Shown: positions 1-8,654 of the stretch, piece after piece
Numbering within the stretch: the stretch's first letter is position 1
Layout of the letters: the number at the start of each line of letters is the position of its first letter
Assembly: GCA_001819605.1 (NCBI GenBank)
Contig: MHNE01000017.1
Location: 10 to 64,009, forward strand
Source of the DNA: Candidatus Portnoybacteria bacterium RIFCSPLOWO2_01_FULL_43_11
GTDB lineage: Bacteria > Patescibacteriota > Minisyncoccia > Portnoybacterales > UBA2143
Direction of reading: 5' to 3'
Length of the DNA stretch: 64,000 nucleotides
Position numbers and translations under genes: made by a program
Notes under the pieces: model-generated
Told to the model about the DNA's origin: nothing
The model's input: only the letters and a program-made list of their open reading frames with translations
Databases searched by the model: none

Positions 1-983
1 ATTTTTCTAAAATTCCCGGCTTGGGATTTAAAAAAGAAAATCAGGTTATTCTTACTTCTTTTCGGGATTTAATTCCGGATATTAATATTTTGCCTATCCC
101 CTCCTATGAACTTTTTAACATTAAAAAATACTGGGGGCCTTATACTTCAAGAACGCCGTTTATGATTATGACAAGGTCAAGGGGCTGTCCGTTTCTCTGC
201 ACTTTCTGCGGGGTAACCAAAATGTTCGGCCGAAGATACCGGGTCCAGACGCCTCAAAGAAGCATCAAAGAGGTTGATTATTTGGTCAATCAGCTGGGCA
301 TCAAAGAAATCGGTTTTAAAGACAGCGAGTTTACTCTTGACCCCAGAAATGTTGAAGAGTTCTGCGATCTCCTTATAGAAAGAAATTATGATCTGACTTG
401 GAACTGCAACGGCCGAGTTAATCATGTCACTCCTTCTCTTTTAGCTAAAATGAAGCGAGCCGGCTGTTATTCCATCACCTACGGCATTGAATCGGGCGAC
501 CAAAAAATCTTGGACAATATCAAAAAACAAATTACTCTTCCGCAAATTAGAGAAACAATGAAAATGACCCGCGAAGCCGGCCTTCAGGTTATCGGCAATT
601 TTATGATCGGAAATCCGGGCGATACGAGAAAAACAATTAAAAAAACAATTGATTTTGCCAAAGAATTAAAGCTGGATTACGCTTATTTTGGTTTTACCAC
701 TCCATTTCCGGGCACTGAATTAAGGGACGAGGCCATTAAAAACGGCTGGATTTTAGATAAAAGCATGGAAGCGGTAAAATACGAAGACTGCATAATGAAC
801 GCCACAAGTTTACCGACTCAAGAATTAAAAACTTATCTCAATAAAGCCTACCGCTCTTTTTATTTCAGACCTTCTTATATTTTTAAAAGATTAAAAAAAC
901 TAAGCAGAAACGAAATGTATAATTCCGTGAGGGGCGCCTGGGCCATATTCAAAGACGGCTTAAGGGTAAAATTTAATTCTTAA
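1..983 (+). CDS. B12-binding-domain radical SAM protein, C-terminal part (the 5' end lies outside the window)
   Basis: The frame is open from nt 3 (FSKIPGLGFKKENQ...), and this aligns with the mid-protein ILGLVFKKDGQ segment of the paralog at 990..2408. It has the cluster motif RSRGCPFLCTFCG and the C-terminal tail YRSFYFRPSY shared with the paralogs. Confidence 0.8.
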   Translation, partial: FSKIPGLGFKKENQVILTSFRDLIPDINILPIPSYELFNIKKYWGPYTSRTPFMIMTRSRGCPFLCTFCGVTKMFGRRYRVQTPQRSIKEVDYLVNQLGIKEIGFKDSEFTLDPRNVEEFCDLLIERNYDLTWNCNGRVNHVTPSLLAKMKRAGCYSITYGIESGDQKILDNIKKQITLPQIRETMKMTREAGLQVIGNFMIGNPGDTRKTIKKTIDFAKELKLDYAYFGFTTPFPGTELRDEAIKNGWILDKSMEAVKYEDCIMNATSLPTQELKTYLNKAYRSFYFRPSYIFKRLKKLSRNEMYNSVRGAWAIFKDGLRVKFNS

Positions 984-989
984 ACTTTT

Positions 990-2408
990 ATGAGAATACT
1001 GCTTATCAACCCAAGTCTTCATCAAGCCACCACCGGCCAATACAAAGAAGATGTGGAAAAAGGACGAGGCGTTTATCCCCCCTTGGGATTGGCTTATATC
1101 GCCGCGGTTCTTCTAAAAAACAATCATCAGGTAAAAATGATTGATTACGATATTGAAGGAAGCGAAGCGGAAATTAAAATTGAAAATACCTGCCGCGATT
1201 TTAAGCCGCAAATAGTCGGTTTTTACGCGATGACCTGGTCATACGGACAGGCAAAACGACTGGCGAAAAAAATCAAAGAAATTGACAGAAATATCATAGC
1301 CCTTATCGGCGGGCCAAACGCAACTTGCTTGCCCGAGCCAACTCTTGAATTCGGGGATTTTGATTTTGGCATTTTAGGCGAAGGGGAAGAAACGATAATT
1401 GAATTAATTGAAAAACTGGAAGGAAAAAACAACTTAGAATTTGAAAAAATTTTAGGACTGGTTTTTAAAAAAGACGGACAGATTATCATTAATCCGCCCC
1501 GGCCCTTGATAAAAGATTTAAACGCAATTCCTTTTCCGGCCAGACATCTTTTGCCCATTAAAAAATATTTTGATGTTTTTTCCCGCGAGAAACGCTTTGC
1601 CACGATTATTGCCACCCGCGGCTGTCCTTTCAACTGCGTTTTTTGCGACAGAAAAAATAGAATGGGCCGGACCTGGCGCATGAGGTCGCCCGAAAATATT
1701 GAACAAGAAATTAAAGAAGTGATTGACCAATACGGCATCAGGGAATTTATGTTTTTTGACGATAATTTTATTATTGATAAAGAATGGGCCTACGAGGTCT
1801 GCGAGCGGCTTAAAAAATTAAACATTATCTGGGAATGCCGGGAAAGAGTTGATATGGTGGACGAACCAATTTTAAGGGCTATGAAGAGCGCCGGCTGCTA
1901 CCGGATTAGATTTGGTTTTGAATCCGGTGATAACCGAATTCTTAACGTTTTAAAAAAAGGAATCACCGTTGAACAATCCTTAAAGTGCGCCCAAATTTGT
2001 AAAAAAATCGGTCTGGAAATTTATGGATACTTCATGATTGGCGCGCCCGAAGAAACGCCTCAAACCATAGAAAGAACAATTAATTTAGCTTTAAAAATTG
2101 AGCCGAGCTTTGCTATTTTCAGTAAAACCATCCTGATTCCCGGGAGTGAACTTTTTGAATACGGAGTCTCAACCGGCCAAATTGACAAAGACTATTGGCC
2201 GCGATTCCTTTTGGGTCGGGAAACCAACGGCGCCCCTTCTCTGTCAAGCGAATTATTGCCGGAAAAATTGGTTGACCAATATGTGAAAAAAGCGGACAGA
2301 AAATTCTATTTCCGATTAAAATTTATATTTAAAAAAATCTTGGAAGTTAAAAGCTTCAAGCATCTTATCAGCCAAGCAAGAATCGGGTTTGCTTTATTAT
2401 TTAAATAA
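990..2408 (+). CDS. B12-binding-domain radical SAM protein
   Basis: N-terminal Rossmann-like part (MRILLINPS..., IGGPNATCLP, GEGEETIIELI) followed by ATRGCPFNCVFCD (CxxxCxxC). The gene starts 7 nt after the upstream gene. Confidence 0.85.
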   Translation: MRILLINPSLHQATTGQYKEDVEKGRGVYPPLGLAYIAAVLLKNNHQVKMIDYDIEGSEAEIKIENTCRDFKPQIVGFYAMTWSYGQAKRLAKKIKEIDRNIIALIGGPNATCLPEPTLEFGDFDFGILGEGEETIIELIEKLEGKNNLEFEKILGLVFKKDGQIIINPPRPLIKDLNAIPFPARHLLPIKKYFDVFSREKRFATIIATRGCPFNCVFCDRKNRMGRTWRMRSPENIEQEIKEVIDQYGIREFMFFDDNFIIDKEWAYEVCERLKKLNIIWECRERVDMVDEPILRAMKSAGCYRIRFGFESGDNRILNVLKKGITVEQSLKCAQICKKIGLEIYGYFMIGAPEETPQTIERTINLALKIEPSFAIFSKTILIPGSELFEYGVSTGQIDKDYWPRFLLGRETNGAPSLSSELLPEKLVDQYVKKADRKFYFRLKFIFKKILEVKSFKHLISQARIGFALLFK

Positions 2409-2414
2409 TTTCTT

Positions 2415-3374
2415 ATGAAATTTCTCGGTAAAATATTCAGCCGCTGGTATATCATTATTGGTTTTCTAATTTTCTTTTATATTGTTTTTTATAAAATTGA
2501 CGTTTCAAAAGTTTTAGAAACGCTTTCAAAAACCAATCTGTATTTAGTCGGCTTGGTAATTCTCCTTGTCTTTTCAATGTCTCTGGTTCAACCGGCCAGA
2601 TGGAACTATCTTAAAAAAGTCCAAAATATCAATTATCGGCTTAAAGATTCTTTTTTGATTTATAACGCCGGCTTTTTTTTCTCCGCTATTACGCCAGGCC
2701 ATCTTGGGGACCTGATTAAAATATTCTACTTAAAAAAAGACGGCCATTCAGTGGGCAAATCGCTCGTAAGCGTTCTTTTAGACCGCGCCTCTGACATATT
2801 ATTTCTCCTCTTGGTCGGTTATGTAAGTATGTATTTTTTTGCCCAATTTTTCCTAAAATACATCATAACCATAACCATCGTCGGGCTTTCTGTTTTATTG
2901 TTTATTTTTATCTTTCAAAGGAAGAAATTTTTAAAAATCGCCTTCCAAAAAATTATTCTTTCAATAATCCCGGTTAAATATCAAAAATCATGGCATCTGA
3001 ATTACCATGATTTTGTTATTAGTATCGCAATTTATAAATTTAAAAATTACTTTATTCTTTCGCTGGTTACCATTTTTAACTGGTTTATCTACTATCTAAG
3101 TGTGTTCTTATTGGCGAAAAGCATCGGCTTGGACAATATTCCTTTTATATTTTTAGCTATGTCAATCACTTTAGCCACTTTAGCCACGCTTATCCCGATT
3201 TCAATTTTCGGTCTTGGCACAAGAGACGCCTCTCTTCTTTTCTTTTTCTCTTTTTTTGGCGTCAGCCCGGAACAAACCATAAGTTTTTCAACTCTGTATT
3301 TATTGATGCTTTTAATCACCGCCTCCATCGGATTCATTTGCTGGCTTAAAAAACCGTTGAGGTTTAGATCTTGA
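2415..3374 (+). CDS. Polytopic membrane protein, flippase-like (LPG_synthase_TM / UPF0104-like)
   Basis: About 8 predicted TM helices. It carries the ARWNYL...ITPGHLGDLIKIFYLKK motif typical of PF03706-type proteins. It is a paralog of 22378..23319. Confidence 0.6.
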   Translation: MKFLGKIFSRWYIIIGFLIFFYIVFYKIDVSKVLETLSKTNLYLVGLVILLVFSMSLVQPARWNYLKKVQNINYRLKDSFLIYNAGFFFSAITPGHLGDLIKIFYLKKDGHSVGKSLVSVLLDRASDILFLLLVGYVSMYFFAQFFLKYIITITIVGLSVLLFIFIFQRKKFLKIAFQKIILSIIPVKYQKSWHLNYHDFVISIAIYKFKNYFILSLVTIFNWFIYYLSVFLLAKSIGLDNIPFIFLAMSITLATLATLIPISIFGLGTRDASLLFFFSFFGVSPEQTISFSTLYLLMLLITASIGFICWLKKPLRFRS

Positions 3375-4430
3375 AATTATTTTTTTTGCCAATAGTGGCC
3401 ACATTGAAAAATTATTAACAATACTGTTCTGAATCGCGTTCTCAAAAGTGCAGACGCAATTTTTATCTTTGATAAACTTAAAAATTTCTTTGGTCTTGTC
3501 TTGAGACAAGATTTTTTTAATATCATAATCAAAATCCCTTAGACTTCCGAATTCAAAATTCAGCATCTCGCACGGCTTCACCAAACCGGTTTCGGAAATA
3601 ATAATCATCTTTCTGCCGGCGGAACAGGGATAAAATCGCTTTCTGCCTCTTAAAACCTGATAAATTATATCGCGGGCCGCTAATTTATTGCCCGCGATTA
3701 TTCCTGAAAATGTAAAACCTGAACTGAAATTCCTTTCTTCTTTATCAACCAACTCCCTGACCTCGCGATAATCCGATGCTCTGATGTTTTTACTCTCCTT
3801 CTCACGAGTGTCGCCCCTGGCCCAACAGAAATCAAAAACCGCTTCAGGCATTTCGCTCCTAACAAAATCCATCACTTGTTTGACTTTTTTGTAATTAAAA
3901 GCCGAAACGGTCATATTGATCATTATTTCAAAATCCTTAACTTGTTTTTTCAGCTTAGCCAAATTTTTGTAATTCGCCCTTACTTTTTCAAAAGCGCCCG
4001 GCACCCCCCTGATTTCGTCGTGGTCTTTACCCACTCCGTCAAGAGAAAGACATAATTTTAAATACGGGTTTCTGGTTGTTTTTAAAATTTCCTCAACTGT
4101 TTCCTTTATTTTCTCTGTCATTAAAGAATTTGTCGGAATACTCAAAAATTGAACCTGATTATTTTTATCAAAAATGCGGGCAATAGCCGGCAAGTCGTTT
4201 CTAATACTCGGCTCGCCGCCGGTTAAAGTCGCATACTCTAAAAATCCAAAAGATTTAGAAATTCTTTCTATTTCCCCCAAAGACAATTCATTTGCTCTGT
4301 CGACCTTATCAATATTCTTCCAATAAAAACACATTTTACAGCGGGCGTTACAGCCGGCCGTGACATATAAAATTATGTAAGTCGGAGTTTTAGAAAACAA
4401 ATTTCTAAAACTACGCAGATATTTATTCAT
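3312..4430 (-). CDS. Radical SAM protein with Cys-rich (SPASM/twitch-like) C-terminus
   Basis: N-terminal YVTAGCNARCKMCFYW (CxxxCxxC) and a GGEP motif (LTGGEPSIRND). C-terminal Cys pattern YPCSAG...KPCEM...NCVCTFENA. It is a paralog of 29831..30919. Confidence 0.75.
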   Translation of the reverse strand: MNKYLRSFRNLFSKTPTYIILYVTAGCNARCKMCFYWKNIDKVDRANELSLGEIERISKSFGFLEYATLTGGEPSIRNDLPAIARIFDKNNQVQFLSIPTNSLMTEKIKETVEEILKTTRNPYLKLCLSLDGVGKDHDEIRGVPGAFEKVRANYKNLAKLKKQVKDFEIMINMTVSAFNYKKVKQVMDFVRSEMPEAVFDFCWARGDTREKESKNIRASDYREVRELVDKEERNFSSGFTFSGIIAGNKLAARDIIYQVLRGRKRFYPCSAGRKMIIISETGLVKPCEMLNFEFGSLRDFDYDIKKILSQDKTKEIFKFIKDKNCVCTFENAIQNSIVNNFSMWPLLAKKIISRSKPQRFFKPANESDGGGD

Positions 4431-4438
4431 ATATTAAA

Positions 4439-5950
4439 TCAAGCGCTTTGACGCTTAAGTAAAATCTCAAAGGGCAGAATAAAAAATTTATGCTTTAATC
4501 TGAAAGTCACCCATTGGTTAATTAAAGCATAAATTCCCAAATATTTTAGAATTTTATTTTTAAGCCGGTATTGTCTCATAGCCAGAAATTCTTTACTGGT
4601 GATTCTTTTAAACATAAACAAAATCCTTAAAAGCATTACCAAACGATACTGCTCATCAGTTACCCACGGCGTTACCCGTTCTGATAAATCAATTCTCCCC
4701 CACGATTCTAAATCTTTTGGCTCTTTAAAACCTCGTTGAACGCTCTCTTTATATAATTCAGTGCCGTAATAAGGAGTGTAAAAAAACAAAAATACCCGCG
4801 CCAAAGGATTCGTTTCATAAATTTTACTGGCCAGATCAACAGTCGCGCTTAATTCTTTTCTCCATGATTTTTCATAATCAGCCGCGTTATCGGTTAAAGG
4901 CGGAAAACCGGTCATAAAAGACTCAATCAGCTGAATATCATATTTTTTAGCCAAGGCCTCGCATTTAACCAGATCTTCCACGGTTGAACGTTTATTAATC
5001 AGGTTGAGCATATCCTGATCACCGGATTCTGCTCCAATTAAAAGCTCCCTAAACCCGGCTTTTTTCATTAATCGCCAAGTTTCCGGACTGTATTTGTTTA
5101 CTTGTTCGGCTCTGGCGTTGGCCCAAATAATGCCGATTTTTATGTTTCTTTCTAAAAGCCCTTCACAGATTTTTTTAACCCGTTGTTCGTCCACGCAAAA
5201 ATTAGAATCCCTTAAATCAACAGCGTCAATATTATATTCTTTAACAAGATTTTCAATCTCGTTAATCACCCGCTCGGCCGAATAGCTATCCCAGCGGCTC
5301 TTAAAAGACGAATTACTCACATAACAAAAACGGCAGTTAAAAGGACACCCCTGACTAGTTATGTAAGACAAAGTGCGTTTATCTCCGTAGTCGGTTTTTT
5401 TCAGATATTTTTCTATATTCCAAAGCAGATGATAAGGTAGAGCGGGAAATTTCTCCAATTTCTCAAGCGGCCGCTCGGGGTTATTGATGATTTGGTCATC
5501 TTTTTTATAAGTCAATCCCAAAATATCGCCAAACGGTTCTTTCTTGTCCAGCCGATGAACCAGTTCGGTAAAGGTAATCTCGCCCTGACCTTTAACTATA
5601 ATATCAACCAAGGGATGTTTTATGGTTTGTACCGGTAAGATTGTCGGATGAATGCCGCCCCAGATAATCGGCACAGTTTTATTTTTCCGGCGGACCAAAT
5701 CGGCAAACCGCAATCCGTCGGTTATCTGGTACCCGGTCATTGCCGTGATTCCAACACAAATCGCCTTATCTAAATGATTTAGAGCTTTCAAATAATATTC
5801 TTCGTCATAAGAATGGAATATTTTTATATCATAACCTTCTGAATCTAAGTAGCTGGAGATAGCCAAAAGACCCATCGGCGCGATTCGGCGTCCTTTGGGC
5901 GTCGGTTGGGGAGAAAATAATAAGATAAACTTGTCTTTATATTCAAGCAT
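4439..5950 (-). CDS. B12-binding-domain radical SAM protein
   Basis: WGGIHPTILP, GQGEITFTELV, TSQGCPFNCRFCY. Confidence 0.85.
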   Translation of the reverse strand: MLEYKDKFILLFSPQPTPKGRRIAPMGLLAISSYLDSEGYDIKIFHSYDEEYYLKALNHLDKAICVGITAMTGYQITDGLRFADLVRRKNKTVPIIWGGIHPTILPVQTIKHPLVDIIVKGQGEITFTELVHRLDKKEPFGDILGLTYKKDDQIINNPERPLEKLEKFPALPYHLLWNIEKYLKKTDYGDKRTLSYITSQGCPFNCRFCYVSNSSFKSRWDSYSAERVINEIENLVKEYNIDAVDLRDSNFCVDEQRVKKICEGLLERNIKIGIIWANARAEQVNKYSPETWRLMKKAGFRELLIGAESGDQDMLNLINKRSTVEDLVKCEALAKKYDIQLIESFMTGFPPLTDNAADYEKSWRKELSATVDLASKIYETNPLARVFLFFYTPYYGTELYKESVQRGFKEPKDLESWGRIDLSERVTPWVTDEQYRLVMLLRILFMFKRITSKEFLAMRQYRLKNKILKYLGIYALINQWVTFRLKHKFFILPFEILLKRQSA

Positions 5951-5964
5951 ATTTTTTTTATGAA

Positions 5965-6930
5965 TTATTTTTTAAACATATAACCGAGAACGGAAAGACC
6001 GGCTCCCAAAGCGGTTAAAAAACAAAATAATAAATCCAAAAAAACAAAAGAAGGAATTAAATAAACTTTTTTTTCTTTAAATAGAAAAACATAAAAGCCG
6101 AAACTATAAAAAACATAAATAAAGAAAATCAAAATGAGAAAATAAAAAACTAAAGGAGCGAAAAACGATAAAATAAAAAGAGGTAAAACTAAGGCCCCAA
6201 TTAGAGTTTTAACTCCTCTCTCTTTAGTTGAATAAACCGGATCAAATTTTTTTCTTTTTAAAAACAATCTAATCCACTGCCAGCTTCGTTTTAAAGTCTT
6301 TTTAATTGATTGCTTAAAAGTTTCAAAGTGATGAAGGACTTTAATTTCTCGGGTAATGTAGATCTTAAAGCCGGCTTTATTCAAACGATAGCCGAATTCA
6401 AAATCCTCAACATCGGCTTTTTTATATTTTTCGTCAAAATATCCAACTCTTTCAAAAATATTTTTTTTAACGGCTGATCGCTCGGTGGTAAAAGAGCTCT
6501 GAAATTCGCCCGGCTGATTCCACAAATAATATTTATAATAGGCCCAAAAAAGCGGGGTTAAGCCATCATTTAATGGGGTTTTATCTTTAATCATAATCAC
6601 GCCGTCAATTTCCGGTTTTTTCTTAAAAACCTCCGCTAATCTTTTTAGGGCATAATTACCTTTAAAAGCCACGTCAGAATCAATAAAAATAACGATCTCG
6701 CCTTTAGCTTCTTTAATGCCTCTGTTTCTGGCCGCGGCCGGGCCGGAGTTTCTTTCTAATAATACCTGACGAACTTTATATTGTCCAACTATCTGCTCTG
6801 TCTTATCTATTGAACAATCATTAATCACAATCACCTCAAAATCAGAAAAGTCTTGCTTCATTACGGAATCTAAACATTTTTTAATTGTTTTTTCGGCGTT
6901 GTAAGCCGGAATAATAATGCTGAATAACAT
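5965..6930 (-). CDS. Family 2 glycosyltransferase with C-terminal TM helices
   Basis: FSIIIPAYNAEKTI..., VIVINDCSIDKT, and FIDSDV (DxD). The C-terminal part is hydrophobic. Confidence 0.85.
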   Translation of the reverse strand: MLFSIIIPAYNAEKTIKKCLDSVMKQDFSDFEVIVINDCSIDKTEQIVGQYKVRQVLLERNSGPAAARNRGIKEAKGEIVIFIDSDVAFKGNYALKRLAEVFKKKPEIDGVIMIKDKTPLNDGLTPLFWAYYKYYLWNQPGEFQSSFTTERSAVKKNIFERVGYFDEKYKKADVEDFEFGYRLNKAGFKIYITREIKVLHHFETFKQSIKKTLKRSWQWIRLFLKRKKFDPVYSTKERGVKTLIGALVLPLFILSFFAPLVFYFLILIFFIYVFYSFGFYVFLFKEKKVYLIPSFVFLDLLFCFLTALGAGLSVLGYMFKK

Positions 6931-6937
6931 AAAAAAA

Positions 6938-8650
6938 TCACCTGATTAAATTCATCAGCCAGCTTTTAGTTTTTGAAACCTTTGGCTGACTTAAATCTAT
7001 CTCATCGGTTGTAATATTTTTTACGGAAGAATTCTCTAAAATTTCCCTGGTTAATTCCGGCGAATACCCTAAAATATAAGATACTCTGAATTTATCAAAA
7101 GCAATACTTAACTCGCCTTTTTTTATCAGCTTCTCAATAGTCTCCGGCGCAAAGACCACCATTGATTTATTGGTCAGATAATTCAATTCTGCCCATTCAG
7201 TTCCCGGGACATTAACCGCAATAACTTCTTTGTCGTTGATTTCTAATTTGTTCACTTCCCGGGCATAAACCGAAGCCATTAGAGGCGTCTCGCTGTCGTA
7301 TTCTCTCCCCCATAAAACATGGTCGGATAAAATAAGATTGTATAAAACCAAAAACGGAAGAAAAAACATTATTATCTTTTTCCCTCTTTCTCCCAACTTA
7401 AAATGCGCGGTTAAAATTTGAACCAGAAAAATTGTTCCCAAAGCAACTAAAAGAGGGATGGCCCAGCCGAAATCCATTAAATGGGTACGCCTGCCCATCA
7501 CAATAAAGGATATTGTAAAAATTGCAAAAATAATCCAAAAAACAAAAAACCGGAATAAGTATTTATTTTTCTGGTAAAGATAAATAAAACCAAAAATGAA
7601 CAAAATAAAAATAAACGGCCCGCCTATATCCTCAATAGATAAAAACCGAGAAAGATGCCTCATTAAAAGAGCGACGCCAATTTTAAACCTGGAAAATAAA
7701 TCTGGTTTTTTAAATCCTAAAAAATCAATCTCTTTTGCCATTTCAATCTTTTGGAAAAAATCCGTCTCCGAAAACAAAAGTTCGGCCTCGTATCCTTTTA
7801 AAAATTCCTCCCGGCCAAAATGATAAGTGTAAGGATCCGGAAAAAGATGGCTGTAAAAACCATAATCTAAAAAGTCTTTTCTTAACTCCCCGGTTTTGCC
7901 CCCAAGAAAAAAACTATAAGTATTTTCTCCGAAAAGCATACCCGGCAGCCAAAAAAGAGAAACTAAAACAATGAAAGGGACAAAAACGGCCAAGAGATAA
8001 ACTCTTTGTTTTTGAAAAAATAAGAAGAGGAGGAGAACCGGAGCCAAGAGAAACATCGCTTCTTTGGCCAAGCCGGCCAAAGCCAGAAAAATTCCGGCTA
8101 AAATCAGAAATAAATACTTAAATCTGAATATGTTTTTCTTTCCTAAGGAGAAAAATAAAAAAAACAAAGATAAAAAGAGTAAAGCAAACTCGTAGGTGCC
8201 GAAATTATACAAAGTTGACTGCCAAAAAAAGGGGGACAAAATATAAATAAAAGAAAATAAAAGTGCGGTCCTGAAATTAAAGGATAAATAAACCGTCAAA
8301 GTGAAAAACAAAAGAGATAGACCTAAAATTACGGCCGGGAAAAAAATCAGATTTTCGTATTGAGGCAGGCCAAAAACCTTAAAAAGCTCGCCGTAAATAA
8401 GAGCGGTCAATTTATTGCCGCTGATTGATGGATTGGCGTTTTCTTTCACTAAAGGAGGACTAACGACGATATTTAAATCGTCTTCAATGCCAAAAACTCC
8501 GAATTGAGCGTAATTACGCGCCAAAAGAAGCGCGTCGCGCGAAATTAAGGTAGAATGCTCCTTAAACAAAACGGGCGAATACCAGATAATCACAGCTAAG
8601 GGAACCACTATGAATAAAAGTAAAACGGGTTTTAATTTTTCTTTAAGCAT
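6938..8650 (-). CDS. Large polytopic membrane protein, tandem paralog A (possible GT-C-type transferase; function unknown)
   Basis: More than 10 hydrophobic segments. It shares WYSPVLFK, DPYTYHF, IEDIGGP, YNLILS.HVLWGR and an identical C-terminal KSWLMNLIR with 8655..10493. Confidence 0.5.
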   Translation of the reverse strand: MLKEKLKPVLLLFIVVPLAVIIWYSPVLFKEHSTLISRDALLLARNYAQFGVFGIEDDLNIVVSPPLVKENANPSISGNKLTALIYGELFKVFGLPQYENLIFFPAVILGLSLLFFTLTVYLSFNFRTALLFSFIYILSPFFWQSTLYNFGTYEFALLFLSLFFLFFSLGKKNIFRFKYLFLILAGIFLALAGLAKEAMFLLAPVLLLFLFFQKQRVYLLAVFVPFIVLVSLFWLPGMLFGENTYSFFLGGKTGELRKDFLDYGFYSHLFPDPYTYHFGREEFLKGYEAELLFSETDFFQKIEMAKEIDFLGFKKPDLFSRFKIGVALLMRHLSRFLSIEDIGGPFIFILFIFGFIYLYQKNKYLFRFFVFWIIFAIFTISFIVMGRRTHLMDFGWAIPLLVALGTIFLVQILTAHFKLGERGKKIIMFFLPFLVLYNLILSDHVLWGREYDSETPLMASVYAREVNKLEINDKEVIAVNVPGTEWAELNYLTNKSMVVFAPETIEKLIKKGELSIAFDKFRVSYILGYSPELTREILENSSVKNITTDEIDLSQPKVSKTKSWLMNLIR

Positions 8651-8654
8651 AAAA

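Noticed and set aside
177-425. Short ORFs from the six-frame track nested antisense or out of frame inside long genes. Examples are 177..425, 1223..1738, 1518..1730, 7596..7974, 9280..9507, 25549..25896, 31175..31414, 35038..35247, 41432..42103, 60934..61281, 61859..62474, 62890..63455 and 63568..63947.
   Set aside because: Each lies fully within a much longer ORF that has clear family motifs. Their translations are low-complexity or K/F/S-rich, as expected for shadow frames of A+T-rich coding DNA. None has an RBS or recognisable motifs.
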